64,000 nucleotides of DNA from an uncultured Pseudomonadota bacterium (GTDB lineage Bacteria; Pseudomonadota; Alphaproteobacteria; Rs-D84): the NCBI GenBank assembly GCA_902795435.1, contig CADBLE010000008.1, positions 28,028 to 92,027 of the forward strand. The letters run 5' to 3'. The notes under the pieces were generated by a model. The model saw only the letters and a program-made list of their open reading frames with translations, was not told the DNA's origin and did not search any database. How positions within the stretch are numbered: position 1 is the stretch's first letter; the number at the start of each line of letters is the position of its first letter. Both the position numbers and the translations under genes were made by a program. Positions 49,551 through 57,065 of this stretch are shown here, in pieces.

Positions 49551-50163
49551 TTTTTTCTATCCTTTCTTTCACAGGACGATATGTCTTTCTATAATGTTCA
49601 TTTATACCATATTTTTCTATCGCTTGCAAATGTTGTTGTGTTGGATAGCCCGCATTTTTATCCCAACAATATTCAGGATATTTTAATGCCAATTCACGCA
49701 TAATTTTATCACGCGTCTGTTTTGCAATTATAGATGCTGCTGCAATTGAAACAGATGTTGCATCACCCTTTACCACCGCTTCACCGACCAATCCTTTTGG
49801 CATTTTATTACCGTCTATTAAACAATATTCAGGTTGAACAGACAATTTTTCAATTGCACGTTTCATAGCCGTCATAGACGCATTTAATATATTTAATTCA
49901 TCTATTTCTTGCGCACTGCATTGTGCAACCGCCCAAATAATATCAGGATTATTTGTTATCCAATTATATGCAATTTCACGTTGCTTTTCAGACATTTTCT
50001 TAGAATCAGTAATAAGTGGCATACCATCAAAATCATATTTCTTGAATATAACCGCACCCGCAACAACTGGGCCACATAATGGACCACGACCCGCTTCGTC
50101 TGTGCCGGCTATGATTTTATAACCACAATTTTTTTCAATTGAAAAATCAGGAATTTTTTTCAT
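49537..50163 (-). CDS. rnhB: Ribonuclease HII
   Basis: GTDEAGRGPLCGPVV and the DSKK motif. Confidence 0.9.
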   Translation of the reverse strand: MKKIPDFSIEKNCGYKIIAGTDEAGRGPLCGPVVAGAVIFKKYDFDGMPLITDSKKMSEKQREIAYNWITNNPDIIWAVAQCSAQEIDELNILNASMTAMKRAIEKLSVQPEYCLIDGNKMPKGLVGEAVVKGDATSVSIAAASIIAKQTRDKIMRELALKYPEYCWDKNAGYPTQQHLQAIEKYGINEHYRKTYRPVKERIEKNGNA

Positions 50164-50170
50164 TTTGTTT

Positions 50171-51895
50171 TTACAAAGATAATCTGTTCATTATTTGATT
50201 TTGCACATATTCATCTTCGCTGTTATAAAGTGGCCATTCACCATCTGCCAATTCTTTCAATGAAGTCAAAGGTTGATTTAATCTAGCACGATATAACCAT
50301 AAATTAGACATAACACGTTTGATATAATTTCTGGTTTCATAGATAGGAAAACTTTCTATAAATAACAACGGGTCAGATGTCGCGAATGTTTTTTCAAATT
50401 TTACCAAATGCCCCATACCTGCATTATAAGCAACCAACATTTTTATAATATTATTTTGAATCATTTGATGTTGTAATAAATCAACAATATATTGCTGGCC
50501 TAAAAACATATTATGTTCTGGGTTTGACATATCTATTTCAGACATTTTTACATCATTTTTACGCGCAACACGTTTTGCAGTATTTGGCATAATCTGCATT
50601 AAACCATTTGCACCCGCACCAGATTTAGCATTTGTTTTGAAACCACTTTCTTGTTTTGTAATTGCCAACAACAAAGCACGGTCAATAGACCAACCACCCA
50701 TTGGTTCCCAATCTGGTAATGGATATTGTGCAGAATAAATAATATCATCATTTATTTCCAAAACGCCCCTGTCGTGCATAACACCTGAAACCAATATAGA
50801 AACACGTGGCAAACCATACAACGAAGACACCGCATTCACAGCATGTAACATCTGGTCAGATGATTTAGATGTTACAAGGTATTTCAAATATTGTTCTGCC
50901 CTGTCCTTTTTTCCAACTTGAATCAATTCCAAAGCAATTTTTCCATATTTGTTTTTACGTAATTCAACGATATCTTCATCTGAACATTCTTGATCATAAA
51001 AAACATATTCTGGTCCATCATCTAACATACTTGATGCCAGCGCACCGTAAAAAGACATTGGATACGCCGCAGCAATTTCCCAATATTTTTTTGCTTCACT
51101 TTTTTCATCATTTATATATGCCGCACGTCCCGCCCAGAAAGCAGCCTCTGTCTTGCGGGCATTATTTATTTGATTCAGATTTAATATCTGTGAAAAATAT
51201 TGTTTACTTTCTTTGTATTTTTCTTCCCTGAAATAAACCAATCCCATTGACCATAAACCATATTCAGATTTTTCATCAGAAGAAACAAAACCCCATTTTT
51301 TTGCCAATTCATATTCACCATTTGTGTAATATAAATAAGACAAACGACCCGCCAAACGACCATAGTCTGCAGATGTTATTTTTGATTTGAACGATTTATC
51401 TTCTAATATCATACGTGCATTCTTGGAAGAACCAGAACGAACAGATTTCTTAAATTTTTCTATTTTCTTTGCAACATTTCCTGTATAAGTTTTCGCAGTC
51501 CATGTTTCAGATTGTGCGGTTTCAATATATTCTTTACCAGTTAAAATATGTGGTGACACTGGCTTTTTTACAGAAACTTTTTTCAAGTTTGCAATTTTTG
51601 CCAATCTTTCTGCACCCGGCATATCATAGTTTTTATTCATCCAACTTTGTATTTCTGAACCATGTGTATGATATGTTTTGGAAACAAATCTTTGATATAA
51701 CACTTCGTGCATCAAAGATTTATCCATCAATTTACTTTCAAGTTTTTTTGCAGAATCAATTTTTTCTTTGTCTTGCAACATAAATATTTGTTGATAAATC
51801 GCCGCATCTTCATCAGATAAAATATCAATAGATTCCAACGCCATCACAGACAGCGGACAAAATATTGCAAACAAAAATGCTAAGATTTTTTTCAT
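50171..51895 (-). CDS. Soluble lytic murein transglycosylase (Slt family)
   Basis: Signal peptide; superhelical repeat region; catalytic SLT domain ITKQESGF...GANGLMQIMPNTA. Confidence 0.82.
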   Translation of the reverse strand: MKKILAFLFAIFCPLSVMALESIDILSDEDAAIYQQIFMLQDKEKIDSAKKLESKLMDKSLMHEVLYQRFVSKTYHTHGSEIQSWMNKNYDMPGAERLAKIANLKKVSVKKPVSPHILTGKEYIETAQSETWTAKTYTGNVAKKIEKFKKSVRSGSSKNARMILEDKSFKSKITSADYGRLAGRLSYLYYTNGEYELAKKWGFVSSDEKSEYGLWSMGLVYFREEKYKESKQYFSQILNLNQINNARKTEAAFWAGRAAYINDEKSEAKKYWEIAAAYPMSFYGALASSMLDDGPEYVFYDQECSDEDIVELRKNKYGKIALELIQVGKKDRAEQYLKYLVTSKSSDQMLHAVNAVSSLYGLPRVSILVSGVMHDRGVLEINDDIIYSAQYPLPDWEPMGGWSIDRALLLAITKQESGFKTNAKSGAGANGLMQIMPNTAKRVARKNDVKMSEIDMSNPEHNMFLGQQYIVDLLQHQMIQNNIIKMLVAYNAGMGHLVKFEKTFATSDPLLFIESFPIYETRNYIKRVMSNLWLYRARLNQPLTSLKELADGEWPLYNSEDEYVQNQIMNRLSL

Positions 51896-51900
51896 ATTTA

Positions 51901-52401
51901 TCAGAACAAAGATGTCTTTGGTAATTTACATACAACCGCATCATCTTTATCTTCTGGGATTTGGTTGATAATTTTTTTGAAATCAGAAACCTTGCTAAAT
52001 TTTCTGTAAACAGAAACAAATCTTATAAATGCGATTGGGTCAAGATTCAGCAAAGAATCAGAAACCATTTGACCAACCTGGGCACTGGTGACAGTATCAT
52101 CAGCACTTTCAGTTTCAAGGCGTCTTTGGATAGAAGCAACCAATTTTTCAATCTGGTCATCTTTCACATCACGATTACGGCATGCTAATTTAATAGAACG
52201 AAATAATTTGTCCCTATCAAAAGGTTCTGTTTTACCATTATTTTTAATAACAATTAAATCACGCATTTGAATACGTTCCACAGTAGTAAATTTTGCACCA
52301 CATTGGTTGCAAACACGTCTGCGACGAATAATCGCATCTTCAATATCAGGACGGGAATCCGCCACTCTGCTATCTGTAGAATTACAATAAGGACATCTCA
52401 T
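51901..52401 (-). CDS. nrdR: Transcriptional repressor NrdR
   Basis: Start trimmed to MRCPYCNS...CNQCGAKFTTVERI (zinc ribbon) followed by an ATP-cone. Confidence 0.9.
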   Translation of the reverse strand: MRCPYCNSTDSRVADSRPDIEDAIIRRRRVCNQCGAKFTTVERIQMRDLIVIKNNGKTEPFDRDKLFRSIKLACRNRDVKDDQIEKLVASIQRRLETESADDTVTSAQVGQMVSDSLLNLDPIAFIRFVSVYRKFSKVSDFKKIINQIPEDKDDAVVCKLPKTSLF

Positions 52402-52591
52402 AATTCTTAAAGATAGAAAAAAAACATCAATATGTAAAGAAGAATTTAACATTAAAAAAATTGCTTTTTTATAAAAATCAAGTGTTTTTTTTACAAACCG
52501 ATTCGTTCAATGCTTTTTTATAACCCTTTTTTATGGTAAAATATTACTAAATAAAGGGATTTTTATTCCCAAAAAAAACGAGAGAGAAAAA

Positions 52592-53692
52592 ATGCAAAAA
52601 TATCTTAACCAAATTTTGTGTGGTGATTGCATAGAAATCATGCGCAAAATTCCAGATGCATCTGTTGATGCTATTTTTGCTGATTCCCCTTATAATTTAC
52701 AGTTGGGTGAAAAAACTCTCTACAGACCAGAAGACCAAACCGCAGCCCGTGCGGTTCGTGATAATTGGGACGCGTTTGAATCACCAAAACAATATGATGA
52801 ATTCACACGTCAATGGATGGAACAATGTAAACGCATATTAAAACCAGATGGTGCAATGTGGGTTATTGGTTCTTATCACAATATATTCCGCGTTGGCGCT
52901 ATATTACAAGATTTGGGATTTTGGATATTAAATGATATTGTTTGGGTAAAAACAAATCCTATGCCTAATTTCCGTGGAACACGTTTTACAAATGCACATG
53001 AAACTTTAATCTGGGCTACACCGACAAAAACCGGAAAATACACTTTCAATTACGAAACAATGAAAAAATTAAACGGTGGAAAACAGATGCGTTCTGATTG
53101 GGATATAAATATATGTTTGGGCGAAGAACGCGTGAAAGATGAAAACGGAAAAAGTTTACACAATACACAAAAACCACTTGATTTATTACGTCGCGTAATT
53201 TTGGCATCTACCAAGGCGGGTGATGTTATATTGGACCCATTTGTTGGTTCTGGAACAACCGCTGCGGCTGCGAAAGAATTAGGACGTAATTTCATTGGTA
53301 TTGACCGCGAAGAATCTTATGTGAAAGCGGCACGTGAACGTGTTGAAAATGTTAAACCAATTGATTTATCTGAAATTGAGGTTGCAAAACCAAAACGCGA
53401 AGAAATCAAGATAGCATTCAAAGAATTGATAGAGGCAGGATTGCTGTATGTTGGTCAAACATTGGTTGGACCACGTGGCGACCGTGTTATGATAACACAT
53501 GACGGCCAATTATCACATTCATTACATGGCAAAGCATCTATCCACGTTATGGCTGCCCGCATACAACACAGCGTCAGTTTTAACGGTTGGGATTATTGGT
53601 CTGCGCAAAAACAAGATGGCTCTCTGGTGGCAATAGATGATTTAAGAAAATATCTGCGCGAAATAAAACAGAATATGAAACAAGCCGCATAA
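52592..53692 (+). CDS. ccrM: CcrM-type N6-adenine DNA methyltransferase (beta class)
   Basis: Strongly colinear with Caulobacter CcrM as I recall it (WVIGSYHNIFRVG...DLGFWILNDIVW.K.NPMPNF.GTRF.NAHETLIWA; DVILDPF.GSGTT; a C-terminal about 80-aa domain). Motif IV reads DSPY rather than DPPY. Confidence 0.85.
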   Translation: MQKYLNQILCGDCIEIMRKIPDASVDAIFADSPYNLQLGEKTLYRPEDQTAARAVRDNWDAFESPKQYDEFTRQWMEQCKRILKPDGAMWVIGSYHNIFRVGAILQDLGFWILNDIVWVKTNPMPNFRGTRFTNAHETLIWATPTKTGKYTFNYETMKKLNGGKQMRSDWDINICLGEERVKDENGKSLHNTQKPLDLLRRVILASTKAGDVILDPFVGSGTTAAAAKELGRNFIGIDREESYVKAARERVENVKPIDLSEIEVAKPKREEIKIAFKELIEAGLLYVGQTLVGPRGDRVMITHDGQLSHSLHGKASIHVMAARIQHSVSFNGWDYWSAQKQDGSLVAIDDLRKYLREIKQNMKQAA

Positions 53693-53749
53693 AACCAACA
53701 ACACAATTTTCATAACAAAAAAATTCATAAACAAAAAGACAATAAAAAA

Positions 53750-53775
53750 ACACCGATTAAATATCGGTGTTTTTA
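53750..53775. terminator. Bidirectional terminator between ccrM and P4
   Basis: Stem ACACCGAT (53750-57) / ATCGGTGT (53763-70) with A and T runs on either side. Confidence 0.75.
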
Positions 53776-53791
53776 TTTATATATCTGACGA

Positions 53792-55867
53792 TTACTTGTG
53801 TATGATACCATCCTTTTTGAAATAATCATAGCACATTTGTTCCAAACTGCCACTGTATGTTGCATTTGAAGCACCAGTTGTTGATACTGCTGAATCTGGC
53901 AAATGTAAATTCCACTTTACATAGAAATCTTTCAAAGAATCTATGGTGTGTGATTTACCCAATGAAACAGAATTCAAACCATCACCAACCTTACATGTAA
54001 TGTTACTGCGTTCAATCAAAGCGGTAATACCTGTTGCCAAACCACCAGCGGCCGCACCAGTTACAGCACCGATTGCCAAACCTTTACCGATTTCAGCGCC
54101 CTTGCTCAATTTCTTTGTTGAACCAGATTTTATACCAGATGGAATAACCGGAGCAATTTCATCTAACAATGAATTCATTCTGGCCAATTCATTTTTGATT
54201 TGGTTCACAGTTTTGCACATACCATTATGATTACAGAATGGATTATCTGGACCTTCTACTGCAAATCCAAGCTGTAATGGAACAAATAAACATTGTTCAT
54301 TAAATGTACGTATTTCATCATTAGTAATTCCATTAGCAGAACCACATATTACAGAACCAGACATAACAACACTATCACCTTCTGGGGTTCTGATTTCCAA
54401 TTTTTCGTATGCAGTTTGATTTTTTGCACTTTCAACCATCGCGGTCAATCTGTTGTTTGTTTGATTTGATGTACAAGATGCAATTGCGTCTTTATAAACA
54501 TTAGCCTTGGAATACAAATCAAGTATTGCATTACATTGTTGTTTGTTCAAATTATACCAATTTGTTTCTGGGCCAAATAATTTGTTAGAAGATGCTTCTT
54601 CAACTTCTGCCAAAGATTTACCATCTGTACCTGTTTTCAATTTAACATTTTCATACAAATATGTTTTTAATAAACCTTGGTTAGAAGTAGAAGTTATTTG
54701 CGCAGCCAATTTTCTGCGGTATTCATCATCAGCACAAGGATTCAAATCTTTGTTTGCCAATTCTTCTTCTGCTGCTGCAGCTGCTTTTGCTTTCTTGTCA
54801 TATACTGCGGCACCTGCACCTGCACCAATTGCAGCACCCAACAGAGTACCACCGCCAACACCAACAACAGCAACTGTTCTGGTATCATTTAACAGAGATT
54901 TGAAATCAAACAATTCTTTGTTACATGTAAATGTAGAACCTGTCTTTTCCCAAACTTCTGCAGGATTATTATTACCAACTGCACCGAACAACCAACTGTT
55001 TGTAATCAATTTATCTTTGTTATATGCAGCAACACGAATTAAACATTCTGCCTTTGATGCGTCCCAACGTGCATAATGACCACGATTTCCATCATAGCCA
55101 GCAGTATTTACCATAACACCTTGAGGATTCAATTTAGACAAATTGCCATCACCAGATTTGTTGTATGCACCAACACCATTATTGTATTCTGTATTCACAG
55201 CATTTGTATCAGATACCGCTGCAAATGAAGAACCGTATGTATTTCTGTCAATCAACAAACAAGTATTTTCAGCCTGGTTAGGTGTCAAACCTGTTTTACG
55301 TAAAACGAAATTATAATATTCTGGTTGAACGATAGAACAATTGAAATTCATCCAAACATCAGCATTGGAAGAATAAACATTTTTACAATCAACACGAACT
55401 TCGCGGATACATTTATCAATTTGGGCCTGACATAATCTCATTCCACCCATGATAGAATTACGAACTTCGTCATTAAACATATCGTTTAAACCACCCTGTA
55501 ATGCACCACCATTGATACATTGCAAAACATCATCCATACACATAGTTGTTGTGTATGTGGAATTTTTTACACCACCATCTTCGCATTCAGGTGTTGGTGT
55601 TGGGGTATCAGGTGTTGGAACAACCGGTGTCGGCACAATACTGCCACCAGAAACACTTAAATTTCCAGACAAATCAATATTCTGAACCGCAGGATTTCCG
55701 ACCGTATTCAAAGACACAACCGGCATAGTTGGCATACGTGCAGTGTTTACATTTTGTGGCATCACACTGCGACTTGCACGACCATTATCAGCAGCATTTA
55801 CACCGCTGAAAGCCAGCATAACTGCGAAACTTGTAAGTGTTATTCCAAAATAATTTAATGTTTTCAT
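53792..55867 (-). CDS. Secreted Cys-rich protein P4 with two glycine-zipper hydrophobic segments (691 aa)
   Basis: Signal peptide MKTLNYFGITLTSFAVMLAFSGVNA; Pro/Thr linker PTPVVPTPDTPTPTPEC; segments VGVGGGTLLGAAIGAGAGAAV and GLAIGAVTGAAAGGLATGITALI. Confidence 0.7.
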   Translation of the reverse strand: MKTLNYFGITLTSFAVMLAFSGVNAADNGRASRSVMPQNVNTARMPTMPVVSLNTVGNPAVQNIDLSGNLSVSGGSIVPTPVVPTPDTPTPTPECEDGGVKNSTYTTTMCMDDVLQCINGGALQGGLNDMFNDEVRNSIMGGMRLCQAQIDKCIREVRVDCKNVYSSNADVWMNFNCSIVQPEYYNFVLRKTGLTPNQAENTCLLIDRNTYGSSFAAVSDTNAVNTEYNNGVGAYNKSGDGNLSKLNPQGVMVNTAGYDGNRGHYARWDASKAECLIRVAAYNKDKLITNSWLFGAVGNNNPAEVWEKTGSTFTCNKELFDFKSLLNDTRTVAVVGVGGGTLLGAAIGAGAGAAVYDKKAKAAAAAEEELANKDLNPCADDEYRRKLAAQITSTSNQGLLKTYLYENVKLKTGTDGKSLAEVEEASSNKLFGPETNWYNLNKQQCNAILDLYSKANVYKDAIASCTSNQTNNRLTAMVESAKNQTAYEKLEIRTPEGDSVVMSGSVICGSANGITNDEIRTFNEQCLFVPLQLGFAVEGPDNPFCNHNGMCKTVNQIKNELARMNSLLDEIAPVIPSGIKSGSTKKLSKGAEIGKGLAIGAVTGAAAGGLATGITALIERSNITCKVGDGLNSVSLGKSHTIDSLKDFYVKWNLHLPDSAVSTTGASNATYSGSLEQMCYDYFKKDGIIHK

Positions 55868-56004
55868 ACTATTTTCCCCTAAATTCCTATGAAATTATTA
55901 TATCACAGAACGCATATAAAAAAAAGTTTTTTTTAGAATAATATTACAACGATTTTATTTGTATAAAATATTGACAAAGCAAATATATTGTCTATAATTT
56001 ATAT

Positions 56005-56964
56005 ATGAACAAAATAAAAGAATTCTTGCAAACAAATCTGATTGTATTGAAATGGGGTTTATACTATTTCATTGGACTGTGGTTTATTTTGGAATTTTTG
56101 TTTGGTTTTAATTTGTTATCTGCACAACATTGGCACAAATTCTTTCATTCCAGTTTTCATGGTTTTGCCGGATTTACATTTCAAATAATTATGTATGCCG
56201 CATTACCAATATTTATTGCAAGTGTTATAACAATATACAGAACGAAAGAACCAATAATAAAAATAACTATTTTTGATAAAATCAAAGAATACTTAAAAGG
56301 TCTGAAACCGACAACCGCTGAAGAATCAAAAGAAGAAACAACACCGGAAAACGAATCGGAACCAGAATATATCTATCCGAACGATTTACCACGTGAATTA
56401 CGCATTCCGTTTAAACGTGCCAAAGAAAGAATTGGTATCCGTGGCCCAGTATCCGCATATAATCAAATTCATCAAACAAAAAACGAAACACTGGAACAAC
56501 CAACACCAGAATCAACGGACGCGTTCCCTATTCCATCAGATTTTGATATATCTGATACATTTGACGAAAATGATACACAATCATTAAATGAAATACCTGT
56601 ATTCCAAGATTTAGATTTTGATACACCAATCATGACTGAAAAAAAATTAGAAAACGAAACAACAAAATATTTTGATAATAAAAAAATAGAATATGAAACA
56701 AATAAAAATTTTGTTATCACAGATAAATATGTAATCTATGAACATAATGATGGCGATTTTTGGATAATGGATAATGAGGCATGGTTTGCCGCTGGAAAAC
56801 AAATAGATTCCCCTGTTCCAGAAATTTTACAAATTGCAAAAATGAACAGTTTAATACCAATCATATATTTACAATCTGAAAACATTATGGATATAGAAAC
56901 AACAATATCTAATTTTGAAAACAATGGCATTCGTGTAATAAAAAGTCTGGCTGAATTAGATTAA
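56005..56964 (+). CDS. Hypothetical membrane protein (N-terminal TM helices, acidic linker, C-terminal globular domain)
   Basis: ORF track; hydrophobic N-terminal third; own terminator; no family recognised. Confidence 0.5.
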   Translation: MNKIKEFLQTNLIVLKWGLYYFIGLWFILEFLFGFNLLSAQHWHKFFHSSFHGFAGFTFQIIMYAALPIFIASVITIYRTKEPIIKITIFDKIKEYLKGLKPTTAEESKEETTPENESEPEYIYPNDLPRELRIPFKRAKERIGIRGPVSAYNQIHQTKNETLEQPTPESTDAFPIPSDFDISDTFDENDTQSLNEIPVFQDLDFDTPIMTEKKLENETTKYFDNKKIEYETNKNFVITDKYVIYEHNDGDFWIMDNEAWFAAGKQIDSPVPEILQIAKMNSLIPIIYLQSENIMDIETTISNFENNGIRVIKSLAELD

Positions 56965-56978
56965 AAAACAAATAAAAA

Positions 56979-57008
56979 CAGTGGTCAAAAACGACCACTG
57001 TTTTTTTT
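56979..57008 (+). terminator. Terminator after 56005-56964
   Basis: Stem CAGTGGTC (56979-86) / GACCACTG (56993-57000) followed by a T8 run. Confidence 0.8.
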
Positions 57009-57032
57009 ACCGGACAACCATTAAATCTCAGA

Positions 57033-57057
57033 TAAAAAAACCACCCGTTTGGGTGGT
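57033..57057 (-). terminator. Terminator after Cys-rich paralog P5
   Basis: Stem ACCACCC (57040-46) / GGGTGGT (57051-57) with an A-run on the plus side. Confidence 0.7.
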
Positions 57058-57065
57058 TTTTGTTT

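Noticed and set aside
52446-52591. CtrA-box (TTAA-N7-TTAA) upstream of ccrM/nrdR
   Set aside because: TTAA-rich sequence is present, but I found no instance with the correct 7-nt spacing. In an AT-rich genome chance matches are expected.
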